From a virus (taxonomy: Duplodnaviria > Caudoviricetes): 41,548 nt of DNA. The stretch spans positions 1-41,548 of the IMG/VR virus record IMGVR_UViG_3300044771_000029. One strand, given 5' to 3'. The notes under the pieces are model-generated. The model was not told the DNA's origin. It saw nothing but the letters and a program-made list of their open reading frames with translations, and did not search any database. The position numbers were made by a program, and so were the translations under genes. Shown here in pieces: positions 7,525 to 16,552 of this stretch (position 1 is the stretch's first letter; the number at the start of each line of letters is the position of its first letter).

Positions 7525-7994
7525 TTGCCACCTCCCGACATCTCCTTCATGCGCACAAGGCTTTCGAGGATCGCCGCGATCCACTCATGCCCGCGCGCCT
7601 CGATGTCGGCGAATTCATTGCCGGTGATGTCATTGTTCGACTTGAGCGCGCCGTGCAGGGCGCGGTAGAAATCGCCCCCCTCCTCCTCGATGCGCACAAG
7701 GTGCAGCATCAGCGCATCAGTGGTCAGGTTGGAAAGGTCTGGCAGATCAAGGTGGATGCCACCCACAGTGCGGCTGAAAGCCTGGGCGATGCGCTTGTCG
7801 CCGGTGAGCAAAGTCACTAGCACCAGCTCGCGGCCGGAAGGCTTGTTGTGGTTGTTCTCGTTCTCGTTGCAGTTGCACTTGTTGTAGAGCGTGCCGACCG
7901 ACATGCCCATCATCGCGGCCAGCTTTTCAACGCCGAATTCGAAACAGACATCGCGGAACGCCTGCTGCACATCCCTGGGTACTGGATTGCCCAT
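7521..7994 (-). CDS. Phage regulatory protein, CII (P2/186 CP76-like) family
   Basis: N-terminal HTH GVEKLAAMMGMSVGTLYNK, then TGD.RI and C-terminal E.GD......AL..N.IT..E. Start codon uncertain. Confidence 0.75.
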   Translation of the reverse strand: MGNPVPRDVQQAFRDVCFEFGVEKLAAMMGMSVGTLYNKCNCNENENNHNKPSGRELVLVTLLTGDKRIAQAFSRTVGGIHLDLPDLSNLTTDALMLHLVRIEEEGGDFYRALHGALKSNNDITGNEFADIEARGHEWIAAILESLVRMKEMSGGGK

Positions 7995-8116
7995 CTGTGA
8001 AACCCTCCAAAAAACTAACCTTTTGTTGCTGGAGGGCGGGCGGGATACTGTGCTTGCGAGCTGTGTATCACGCACACCCGGAACCGTTCAGCGCGTCAAC
8101 GCTGGTCGGTTCCTAC

Positions 8117-8293
8117 CTATGCTGCTTGTTGTTCCTGGTTGAGAGACTGCACCAGCCGATACACGATTTCGCTGTTGCGGCTGCGGCCGTTCTTCTCCGC
8201 CTCTGCGCCGAGCTGCTTCAACAGGCCATTGGGGAAGCGAACCACAGATGGCTCGCCATTGGCGGGTACGACAAGATTCGATTTATGGTTCAT
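8117..8293 (-). CDS. Arc-family ribbon-helix-helix DNA-binding protein (Cro position)
   Basis: VRFP..L...L..EAEKNGRSRNSEIVYRL matches the Arc/Mnt signature. Confidence 0.9.
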   Translation of the reverse strand: MNHKSNLVVPANGEPSVVRFPNGLLKQLGAEAEKNGRSRNSEIVYRLVQSLNQEQQAA

Positions 8294-8307
8294 GGCTGCC
8301 TCTTGCA

Positions 8308-8381
8308 TGGTTACATCGTGTAACTATGGTTACACAGTGAGAATTCGCCGTCAAGGGATTTGTGATTACACTGTGCAACCA
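8308..8381. promoter_or_regulatory. Divergent promoter region with three 19-bp palindromic operators
   Basis: TGGTTACATCGTGTAACTA (8308-8326), TGGTTACACAGTGAGAATT (8327-8345) and TGATTACACTGTGCAACCA (8363-8381). Consensus TGGTTACACnGTGTAACCA. A TTGACG lies on the minus strand at 8349-8354. Confidence 0.75.
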
Positions 8382-8394
8382 TAGGAGGACGGCC

Positions 8395-8682
8395 ATGAGG
8401 CAAGTGAAAGTCCGCGACATACACCCCTTCGGCGTCAGAATGCCGGCAGACCTGAAAGACCGTCTGGACAGGGAGGCAAAAATAGCTGGCCGCAGCCTGA
8501 ATACAGAGATCGTGATGCGATTGAGTAGCAGCCTGGAGACCCCAAGCGGTCAGAAGCACACGTTGAAGAGTCCGGTTGCGGCATACGCGCCGGAGCTGAG
8601 CGACATCGAGCGGCAGATGCTGAGCCTGTTCAAGCGCATGTCGGTTGAAAAGCAGCTCGCGCTGGTGTCGCTGTTTAAATAG
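8395..8682 (+). CDS. Arc-family ribbon-helix-helix repressor with C-terminal extension (CI position)
   Basis: PFGVRMP.DLK..L..EA...GRSLNTEIV.RL motif, AGGAGG RBS. Confidence 0.9.
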   Translation: MRQVKVRDIHPFGVRMPADLKDRLDREAKIAGRSLNTEIVMRLSSSLETPSGQKHTLKSPVAAYAPELSDIERQMLSLFKRMSVEKQLALVSLFK

Positions 8683-8714
8683 AATCCGGTTGTTCTATTT
8701 CAAAGGGGAAGCAC

Positions 8715-9041
8715 ATGAAACTCGCATACATCCTGCTAGCGCTTATTCTTGTCGGCTGCGCATCCGCCGATGTTCGTCCACATAAATACACTTACCCACC
8801 GGCATACTTGCAGAATTTCCCGCTTGGATCGTTGGATGAGACCGCACTTGTCGCAAGACTCGGCCCACCCGATAGCACGGTAACTGTGGGAGGAAGACAA
8901 ATGTATGTGTACAAGCCGAACTCTGTGGTGAATTCCATTTCATACTCGTTCATCTTTGAGAACGGCGTTGTATCCGACGTGCTCTACACTGAGCGCGGGA
9001 CGTTGAATGGCATAACAGCCAAACAGGAGCAAGGGCGCTAA
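8715..9041 (+). CDS. Lipoprotein, SmpA/OmlA-like fold candidate (moron)
   Basis: Signal peptide with LVGC lipobox and an LGPP motif. Lies directly after the repressor on the same strand. Confidence 0.75.
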   Translation: MKLAYILLALILVGCASADVRPHKYTYPPAYLQNFPLGSLDETALVARLGPPDSTVTVGGRQMYVYKPNSVVNSISYSFIFENGVVSDVLYTERGTLNGITAKQEQGR

Positions 9042-9457
9042 CCCTTACTCCATAAAGCCCTGCACAACTCCCCCAGCGCCGCCGGCGAATAAATCTCCGC
9101 CGTCGGCAATCCCAGCGCCGCCGCGTTCCACTCCGAACAGAAATACTTACTGCCATCCTGCCGCCCGCGGTTGAATAGTTGGCCGCGGAAGAGGCCGAGC
9201 CAGTCGTAGGCCAGCCCGCAGGTGCGGCTGTAAAAGTCCAGCACGCGTCCGGCATCCGCCCAGGGCAGCTCGATCACATCCCAGTTGCCGCTGGTCAGGT
9301 CGATCAGCTTGGCGCGCACTCCGCCATCCATCAACGAAGCCGAGTAGCAAACGCCGCCGATCACCAGCTCGCAGTGCGAATACTGCGCCCCCGTCCACCA
9401 GCGCGTGATGGCGTTGCCGATCTTGCCTTTGCCTTTGTAGAGGGCGAGCTTGACCAT
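9038..9457 (-). CDS. Permuted papain-like (YaeF/YiiX-type) amidase-like protein
   Basis: YSHCEL...YD...YFCSEW, with His before Cys. Confidence 0.75.
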   Translation of the reverse strand: MVKLALYKGKGKIGNAITRWWTGAQYSHCELVIGGVCYSASLMDGGVRAKLIDLTSGNWDVIELPWADAGRVLDFYSRTCGLAYDWLGLFRGQLFNRGRQDGSKYFCSEWNAAALGLPTAEIYSPAALGELCRALWSKG

Positions 9458-10005
9458 CACAGCCCCAGCGCGGTCCTGAGTGAGGCGATAAAGAACTCCC
9501 ACGTCGCCACCGCCGCATCGAGTTGCGCCTTGTCTGTCGCATCCTGCATCGCCTTTTGCGAGGCAAAGCGCTGGTTGCGCATCGCCAGTTTGGCGGTCTG
9601 CAATGCATCGGCGCGGGCGATGATGGAATCGGCAGATTGCTGGTTCGTCACACCCTTGGCCAGAGCCCACTCTGAGATATAAGGCGAGACCGCACCGGAG
9701 TAACTGGCGGCCTTGTACGCACGGGCATCGGTTTCGGCTTGGGAATACTCAGGCCCGCGGTTGCCGATGGCGATGGCGTAAAGGGTATCGACATCGTGGT
9801 AGGTGCGAGCGATGGCATTAGTGGTCAGCTCGGCAAGCGGGACCCTCGCCTCGATGAGCACCGCAAGCTCAGCTTCGGTCACCGAACGTATCTCCACGTT
9901 CGCATACCCAAGCGCAGCAGCGTTAGCAATCAGCGCAGCATCGCTTGCCTCATCACACTGAGACTCGACCATCAGACCACTTGCAGAATTTATCGTGGCT
10001 TTCAT
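9457..10005 (-). CDS. Tail fibre assembly/chaperone-like protein
   Basis: Directly after the fibre gene. EY..AE..ARAY...W...K....A..II.RA pattern. Confidence 0.65.
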   Translation of the reverse strand: MKATINSASGLMVESQCDEASDAALIANAAALGYANVEIRSVTEAELAVLIEARVPLAELTTNAIARTYHDVDTLYAIAIGNRGPEYSQAETDARAYKAASYSGAVSPYISEWALAKGVTNQQSADSIIARADALQTAKLAMRNQRFASQKAMQDATDKAQLDAAVATWEFFIASLRTALGL

Positions 10006-11075
10006 CAATACTCCACTCTGACATATAACGTGGCCGTGCCGGTAGGAGATGCCGTCTTTGTCCACGTCAAGGTGACTGTGTCTTTGGAAAAAACAGGAAC
10101 GGAAGCGGTCTGGTTATTGCCGGACGCGGTTACAAACGCCGCCACAAAATTTGATATTGCTACTATCCCAGCATAGCTAGTGTAGGTACATCCAAGCTGC
10201 GTCTGATTAGCGAAACCGTTCGAGACAATAGATGTGACAGAAACACCGCCAATCACTTGTATCGACTTTGGCGTGGCGCCGAATCCAGTGTAATTAACAT
10301 CCCCACTCGCCGCGGTCAGATCGCGCGTGAAAGATAAAATCTTTGTTCGTCTCGGCAACACCAACACCAGCGCCTGCGTCGCGCTCACCAACTTCACCGG
10401 AGATTGCCAGCCAGCGGGGAAATCGCCTGGAGTTAAATTTTCATATGACCCGTCCAGATTCTGCCGCACCAGATTGGGCGGCGTGGCGATGCCGTTCAAT
10501 TTAAGCGTCGGTGCATTCGGGCATGCCGAATCGAATATATGATTGAATGTCTGGTTGGCAGCATAGGCCGTGATGGCCGGTGCCGGGGTGGCGGCGTATT
10601 CGGCGCCGGTGAGCACGGCGGTGTAGGCAGTTGCCGTTTGAGCCTGTATTTTTGCGGCAATCCACACCCATAAATTACTGAAGGTGAGCTTGCGCAGAAT
10701 GCCGCTCACGCTATCCCATAACCCAATCTCATCCGCATTCACCGGGGTTGTTTTGCTAGTGGCGCCGTGTATCTCCACCGCGGTCTGCGCCATGCTCTCC
10801 CAGTTCGTCGTATCGCCAGAAGGATCAGTTCCGGCTGCGCCCGTCTTGTTGCGATAGTTCAGGAAGTTGGTCGGTGAATAGGCAACCTGGCCGATCGTGT
10901 AAGACCCGCCTGAAGACCACACCGCCACCGCCGCCGCCGCTTGTAGTGCATTGAGTTGTGATTCGTTGGCATTGACGGTTGTTTCGATGGCCGTCATGTC
11001 GGCGAGAAGCGCAGTGCGGAACAGGGTTCCTTTCAATGAAAGGGCTGCGGTTTTTAATTGTAGAAGTATGCTCAT
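10005..11075 (-). CDS. Tail fibre / receptor-binding protein
   Basis: Ala/Thr-rich, W..G.SY..G module and a beta-rich C-terminus, at the end of the tail module. AAGGAG RBS. Confidence 0.75.
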   Translation of the reverse strand: MSILLQLKTAALSLKGTLFRTALLADMTAIETTVNANESQLNALQAAAAVAVWSSGGSYTIGQVAYSPTNFLNYRNKTGAAGTDPSGDTTNWESMAQTAVEIHGATSKTTPVNADEIGLWDSVSGILRKLTFSNLWVWIAAKIQAQTATAYTAVLTGAEYAATPAPAITAYAANQTFNHIFDSACPNAPTLKLNGIATPPNLVRQNLDGSYENLTPGDFPAGWQSPVKLVSATQALVLVLPRRTKILSFTRDLTAASGDVNYTGFGATPKSIQVIGGVSVTSIVSNGFANQTQLGCTYTSYAGIVAISNFVAAFVTASGNNQTASVPVFSKDTVTLTWTKTASPTGTATLYVRVEY

Positions 11076-11089
11076 GTGTTGCTCCTTTG

Positions 11090-14000
11090 TTAGCCGATTA
11101 CTTGAGTGATGACGCAGCCTGACGTTCCGGGCTGCGGTGCGGTGAATGATCTCGTGGCAGAGGACGGCTCTATTCCTGTGACGCATCCGCCGCCGGACAC
11201 CATGATGCGGGATTCATTGATTGACATATTCGGCAACCCGTTCACGTCGCACTCAACCAGCCCGACAAACGATCCTCCACCGCCGCCGCCGGAGGGAGCG
11301 TGTCTGCGATCACATACTGTGTAATCTGGATATATCCCGCTGCTGCCGTACTGCCCGCGAAGATTTATATTTCCTGTGGTGATGTATATCCCGCGCGCCA
11401 TAAATAGCAGCCCAGCGCCGCCATACACGCCCATAGCCGGATAAATTCCTGGGCTCGGAGTCGTTTCAACCATCACCACCTTGCCGCCGGACGGGCCTCC
11501 ACCGAGATTTGTCGGAAGACCGGAAACGGCGGTGTAAGAGCCTCCTGATTCAGCCGTCACAATCACATTCAGCGATGGCTCTGACTGGTACAGCGGAACG
11601 CCACCATTCCCGGCGCGCATATCGTAATCCGCGCCGGGTGTGCCAAAGTGACGCACCGTCCGTCCTCCCGTGCCACCTTTCCCGACAAACCCACGTAAGC
11701 CGTCCTCCGCCACATAGGTCGGCGGTGTGCCCGATAAGGTCGGCCAGGAATCATAGTTGCGATTATCCCCATCGATTGTTCCGTTGATGGTGATGGTGCC
11801 AAGCGAAAAGATGCGCACTGTGTAATTGATCGTACAGGTGGTTCCGCTGGCCAGAGACACGCTTCCGTCGTACCAGTAACTGCCGGCGTCGAAGTTATAC
11901 CCATCAGGGATAACATGCGGGCCGCCAACGGGTCCGTGCGCGGTAATCTGCGTGCCGATCTGGTAGGCGGAATCGGCCAGATAAGGGGGGGTGTAGGTTG
12001 GTGTTCCCGGCGTCGCCACCGTTGCGACCGCAACAGGAGACACGATGCCGGAGACCGTCTCGGTGGCGGTGATGTTGCTGGTGCCGTTGGCGACGGCGGT
12101 AAGCAGTTTGCTGACAGCAGATCCGGCAGGAATAGTCGCTACTCCTGTGTTGCTAGAATTCCAATTGAAGGTGACGCCGTTTACCTGGTTTCCGGAAACG
12201 TCATAAGCGATTGCTGTGAGCCGCTGGGTATCCCCGGCCTTGATCTGCACACTATTGGGCAGCACCGACACCGATGCCACGGGGTTGGAACTCGGGGTTG
12301 CGGTGACGGTGATGGTCGCCTCGTTGGAGATCGCGCCGCCGACCACGGCAAACACCGTACCGCTGCCTGCCGCGCCCGCGGTGACCAACCCGCTGCTGTC
12401 CACCGTGACATTGCCGCTGGCGATCCACGAGATCGCGGGGATTTGAACCTGCCCGCCAGATCCGTCGAATGCGCGGGCGACCATCTGCTGCGTCGCCCCG
12501 GTCTGAATGCTGGCAGCAGCAGGGGAAATGGTGACCGAGTTGATATCGCCGACGCCGCCGAACCATTGTGATGCACGCTCCGGCTGGGCGATGCAATTCA
12601 CCATCACCTCGCCAGTACTGACCTTTAGTTGTGTCGAGATGACCTCGAAGGCGCGATCAAGCGACAGTCCTGTGAACAGGTCGCGAATAGGCAGCGACAC
12701 GCGCACGATGTCGCCGATCTCCAGCAGGTGATATTTCGGCAGCAGCGTGAGCGGGATCTGCATCGGCGGCCTGCTATACCGCGCCAGCACGCGCTGGAAT
12801 CGTTGGTAGAGCTGCGAGGCGAATACCGATGTCGGGACGATACCCTGCGCCTGATATTTGAGCTGCTTCGCCTCACCCCACTTCTTGATCGAGACAGAAT
12901 CGATGAAGATGGTGTTGCGGATGTATTTACCGGATAACTTCGGCACCTCGTCAAACTCGATCCACACCTGGTTCGCCAGGTCGTTGTAGTTGTAGGACAG
13001 GTCTCCCCAACTGACCACGGCGTTGCGATCCAGCGTAGCTACGGCATTTTCTTTGGCGGCATTGGAAAGGTCGTTGTAGGCCTTGATCGAATATCGGCCA
13101 TCGCCGCGCACGAAGCCAAAGCAGCCGAGTATCTTGAAGATCGAATCCTCGATGAACTTCTTGGCCTCGACGCCTTCCGCGATGACGAATTCGAATTGCA
13201 CCCCATCTGCAGCGGCTGCTGTATCGGCCAGCCCGGTGAGCAGTTTGCCGACTTCGAGAATTACTTCTTCGTCGATGTCATTGGTGCTGTCCATGTTGCA
13301 TCCCCAGCGGACAGGGAATACATCCCATGTGCCGTTTGCGGAGGCGGTTCCGGAAGATTCCAATATCTTGAGCGCCAGCGTGATCGGGTTTTCGTTGAGC
13401 ACAATCACCTCGCTCACCGTTGCACCGTTGCTATGCGTGGCGGCAACAGTCCCGAACAAACCCCGGTCGGAAGCGCCCACAGTAAAACTGGCGTCTGTCT
13501 TGGCCGTCCAGCGCATGATCTCGTCGTCTATCTTGACGAAGCCTACAGCCCCGTAAGTAACCGAAGGTACCGCGATGAAGTTGCGCGCATCCAACACGGC
13601 CGCGTTGGGTGTGATCGCGCCTGTACCTGTGATCGCGGTGGTGAGTGTGGTGGAGTACGGATTGAAGATGGTCTTCTGCATCTGCCGCTGCACATCGGCG
13701 GCGGTGAGCTTGTATTCATTCAGACGTGTCAGCCTGAGATCGCTCACCTGCATGGTGCGCATCTGAACCTTGTCCGCCCAGCTCATACCCCGATAAAGCT
13801 GATAGATGCTGATGCGCTGGCGGCGCAGCCCATGCCCTGCCGCGTCGGCGGCCTTGATGATGTCCGACACCATGCCGTTGTAATCGGTGATGGTCACATC
13901 CAACGCACCAATTGACGACACCCCGTTGATCGGGTCCACCGTCTGCGACATCGACCCGATGGAATCGGCCTTGAGGAACGGGAACCAGCGCTCAGGATAA

Positions 14001-14161
14001 GCAAAGTCGGTGATCTCGTTCACATCGCACGTCGTGAAGTAGATGTCGTTCGTGCCATCCGCGCCGCTGTTGCCGTTGTTCCAGAATATTTCTGCCACAT
14101 ACACCGGCCACTTTGCCAACGCATCGTTCTTGGTTTTGAAGTTTGAATTGACGGCGAGCAT
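11090..14161 (-). CDS. Large tail-tip protein with two Ig-like (Big_2-type) domains and Gly-rich C-terminus
   Basis: SVTISP..ASI..G.TQQ and SVSV.P.......G.TQ.L.A..W.SSN..VAT repeats. Position after the tape measure and distal tail genes. Confidence 0.8.
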   Translation of the reverse strand: MLAVNSNFKTKNDALAKWPVYVAEIFWNNGNSGADGTNDIYFTTCDVNEITDFAYPERWFPFLKADSIGSMSQTVDPINGVSSIGALDVTITDYNGMVSDIIKAADAAGHGLRRQRISIYQLYRGMSWADKVQMRTMQVSDLRLTRLNEYKLTAADVQRQMQKTIFNPYSTTLTTAITGTGAITPNAAVLDARNFIAVPSVTYGAVGFVKIDDEIMRWTAKTDASFTVGASDRGLFGTVAATHSNGATVSEVIVLNENPITLALKILESSGTASANGTWDVFPVRWGCNMDSTNDIDEEVILEVGKLLTGLADTAAAADGVQFEFVIAEGVEAKKFIEDSIFKILGCFGFVRGDGRYSIKAYNDLSNAAKENAVATLDRNAVVSWGDLSYNYNDLANQVWIEFDEVPKLSGKYIRNTIFIDSVSIKKWGEAKQLKYQAQGIVPTSVFASQLYQRFQRVLARYSRPPMQIPLTLLPKYHLLEIGDIVRVSLPIRDLFTGLSLDRAFEVISTQLKVSTGEVMVNCIAQPERASQWFGGVGDINSVTISPAAASIQTGATQQMVARAFDGSGGQVQIPAISWIASGNVTVDSSGLVTAGAAGSGTVFAVVGGAISNEATITVTATPSSNPVASVSVLPNSVQIKAGDTQRLTAIAYDVSGNQVNGVTFNWNSSNTGVATIPAGSAVSKLLTAVANGTSNITATETVSGIVSPVAVATVATPGTPTYTPPYLADSAYQIGTQITAHGPVGGPHVIPDGYNFDAGSYWYDGSVSLASGTTCTINYTVRIFSLGTITINGTIDGDNRNYDSWPTLSGTPPTYVAEDGLRGFVGKGGTGGRTVRHFGTPGADYDMRAGNGGVPLYQSEPSLNVIVTAESGGSYTAVSGLPTNLGGGPSGGKVVMVETTPSPGIYPAMGVYGGAGLLFMARGIYITTGNINLRGQYGSSGIYPDYTVCDRRHAPSGGGGGGSFVGLVECDVNGLPNMSINESRIMVSGGGCVTGIEPSSATRSFTAPQPGTSGCVITQVIG

Positions 14162-14163
14162 GG

Positions 14164-14688
14164 TCAGGCCATCACGAACGGCGGAACAGTGGAAGGTATC
14201 TGCACATCGGCGAGAACGAATAGGTCGAAGTCGAACTGATAGCGGTCGCGCTGACCTATCCGCTTCGGTGCGATGCGCTTGTTGGCCACGCACGAGTAAT
14301 ACTCAGCGGGGAAATTATCCGCGTCCGGATACCACTGCACCGGCGTCCCGCTCATCAGCTCCTCATTTAGCGAATTGATAATGGCGAATTCGTTCACTTG
14401 TGCCGATCGGTCTTGAATAACATTCCTGATACTGAACTTGAATCCGGTCGTGCTGCCGAAATTGGTCACCTCGACTACGCCGGCAGCAGAGCGCGATACA
14501 TTGCGCTGATCGTCGTAGTTGGCGTCCTCGCTGACGTACCCCCAATACAGGTAGATATCCTGCAAGGCGCCCACCGCCAGCGTATCGGCGAACACATCTT
14601 CAAGCGCAAAGATATCGGCCACCGTTAACGGCGACTGCACCGGCGTACTCGCCAATGTAGTCACGTAAGTTATCCGGCCAGTCTTCAC
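14164..14688 (-). CDS. Distal tail protein-like
   Basis: Size and position between the tape measure and tail-tip genes. Confidence 0.6.
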   Translation of the reverse strand: MKTGRITYVTTLASTPVQSPLTVADIFALEDVFADTLAVGALQDIYLYWGYVSEDANYDDQRNVSRSAAGVVEVTNFGSTTGFKFSIRNVIQDRSAQVNEFAIINSLNEELMSGTPVQWYPDADNFPAEYYSCVANKRIAPKRIGQRDRYQFDFDLFVLADVQIPSTVPPFVMA

Positions 14689-16217
14689 CTCGCCCCCAAC
14701 ATCTGCGCCTGCCTACTGCGAGGATCGATCAGGATCACATCCGAGTTGCTGATGCTGTCCTTGATCTGCGGGATGATCGTGCTCTCGACCCATTCGTTCG
14801 ACAGCAGATTGCCCTGGTTGTAGATATTGACGATGACCGGTTGCTGCTGTTGTTGGCTTGTGGGGGTGACTGGCACGCCAGGAGAGGTGGATTGGCTGGG
14901 AACGCCACCGCTATAGGTGGAGATATTTCCCCCGCCGCCGAACTGCGTGCTGTTGATCGCCTGTATTTGAGCGCCTACATAGACGGCTGCAAGTGCAGCT
15001 TCAGCGATTGCCCCATAATAACTACCCCAACTCATACCATCAGCGAAAGCAGCAGTAATTGCCTGATACCCCTGTACCGTCGCCTTCGCCAGCGATGCCG
15101 CCTTGTTAATCTCGAACGCAGCCCGACTCTTGGTCGCAAGACCTGCCGTCAACTGCTGCGCCATGGTCATGGCGTCAACGTAGTCACCTTGACGCAACAA
15201 CTTGGAGAAGTTGGCTACGCCAAGATCGGCCCGCATCTTGCGCTGGCGCTCTGCCTCTGCCTTTTCCTCGGCCGCCGAATTCAGGCGCTCCACCTCGGCA
15301 TTGGCGATTGCTACACGGTCAATGCGCGCATCTTGATATTCCTGCTCAAGCGCTGCATTCTTTCCATAAACCCGCTTCGCATCTTCATGTTCCTTCTCCA
15401 TCGCCTGCAAATCGAATTGCAGCTTCATGCGAATGCGCTCCACATCCGTCGCATCCGCCATCGCTGCCATCTCGTGCAGCTTGTTGTACTTGGCCTGTTC
15501 GCGCGCAATGGTCGCGTCGATGCGGTCCTTCTCGGCTGTGTCCTTCTTGGCACCGGGTGCTTGCAAGATCTGAATGTTGCGGATCTCGTTGTCGATATCA
15601 GCCTGCTTCTGCCCGCGAATTTTTGCCTGCATCATTATCTGGTCAGCAAGTTCTTTGTTTCGGCTCGGGTCGGCTTTGCGCTGCTGGTCGTACTTGGCGA
15701 TCAACTGATCAACCCAGGAAATCTCCCCCTTCAGCGCCTCAATGCGGTCTTGCTTTGCCTGTATCTGTTCCTGCGTGTTCTTGTGCTTCGAGCGGTTGGC
15801 CGAGTCTTCGGCCTTCTTCAGCTCGTCCGCCACCTTGTTGGCAGCCTTCTCTGCGCTGTCGCCCCACTCCATCCACGCCCACACCCCGGCAGCCACAACG
15901 CCGGTCACCGCGCCCACGGCAATACCGATAGGGCCGAAGCCCATGGCGATGCGCGCCAGCGTGCCGGGGATGCGGTTGGTGTCTCCGCTGACCACTTCTT
16001 TACCGAGGGTGACGAACTGCTGCGCCGTGCGGTTGGTGACGTTGATGACCTTCTCGCTGCTCTCCACGGCGGCGCTGTATTTCTTGTCCAGATTGGCGGT
16101 GGCGGTGCCGAGTTTGTCCATCTCTGCCGCGGCTTTTTGTGCGCCGGGAGCTACACCATCCGCATTCGCGGTGATGTCGATTTTTACGTTAGAGGTGGAA
16201 TCGGAAGAATCACTCAT
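14685..16217 (-). CDS. Tail tape measure protein (short, 510 aa)
   Basis: Ala-rich helical/coiled-coil sequence with hydrophobic Gly/Ala segments and N-terminal VKIDITA. Confidence 0.85.
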   Translation of the reverse strand: MSDSSDSTSNVKIDITANADGVAPGAQKAAAEMDKLGTATANLDKKYSAAVESSEKVINVTNRTAQQFVTLGKEVVSGDTNRIPGTLARIAMGFGPIGIAVGAVTGVVAAGVWAWMEWGDSAEKAANKVADELKKAEDSANRSKHKNTQEQIQAKQDRIEALKGEISWVDQLIAKYDQQRKADPSRNKELADQIMMQAKIRGQKQADIDNEIRNIQILQAPGAKKDTAEKDRIDATIAREQAKYNKLHEMAAMADATDVERIRMKLQFDLQAMEKEHEDAKRVYGKNAALEQEYQDARIDRVAIANAEVERLNSAAEEKAEAERQRKMRADLGVANFSKLLRQGDYVDAMTMAQQLTAGLATKSRAAFEINKAASLAKATVQGYQAITAAFADGMSWGSYYGAIAEAALAAVYVGAQIQAINSTQFGGGGNISTYSGGVPSQSTSPGVPVTPTSQQQQQPVIVNIYNQGNLLSNEWVESTIIPQIKDSISNSDVILIDPRSRQAQMLGAR

Positions 16218-16220
16218 GCC

Positions 16221-16266
16221 CGCACAATAGCCGTGCGGTCAAGCCAAAAACAGGCTGGAAAGTGGC
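16221..16266 (-). promoter_or_regulatory. Putative activator-dependent late promoter 1
   Basis: 30-bp motif GCCACTTTCCAGCCTGTTTTTGGCTTGACC, then TATTGT six bases before the tape-measure ATG. Confidence 0.75.
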
Positions 16267-16295
16267 GTTAAGGGTTTACGTTTTTCACGTCTGTT

Positions 16296-16332
16296 CCCTC
16301 TCCCGCAAGCGGGAGGGGGTTAGGGTGAGGGG
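16296..16332. repeat. REP-like palindrome family B, copy 1
   Basis: CCCTCTCCCGCAAGCGGGAGGGGGTTAGGGTGAGGGG, related to 20437-20474. Confidence 0.8.
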
Positions 16333-16338
16333 TGGGTA

Positions 16339-16551
16339 CTACTTGCCGTGCAGCGTCTGAATATCGTTCAACGCGGCCAGCATCTCCCCTTGGATTGGAA
16401 ATAGGAAGGCATACAGATCCTGCGGCAGCACCTTGTATTCTGTTGCCGTCTTGAGCGCGGCATTGAATGCGGTAAGCGCCCCATATGCATGCGACAAGCG
16501 GTCTTCTGCATCGTCCAGGCACTCGACCTGGTTTGCGGTGAGTTGGGCCAT
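16339..16551 (-). CDS. Hypothetical protein, 70 aa
   Basis: ATG immediately after the antirepressor stop codon. Confidence 0.65.
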   Translation of the reverse strand: MAQLTANQVECLDDAEDRLSHAYGALTAFNAALKTATEYKVLPQDLYAFLFPIQGEMLAALNDIQTLHGK

Positions 16552-16552
16552 G

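Noticed and set aside
7843-7886. AAC-rich stretch as a possible template repeat
   Set aside because: It encodes YNKCNCNENENNHNK within the CII-like gene and does not align to the VR constant positions.
8056-8066. GCGAGCTGTGT shared with 26299-26309 in the capsid leader
   Set aside because: An 11-bp match is expected by chance in a sequence of this length.
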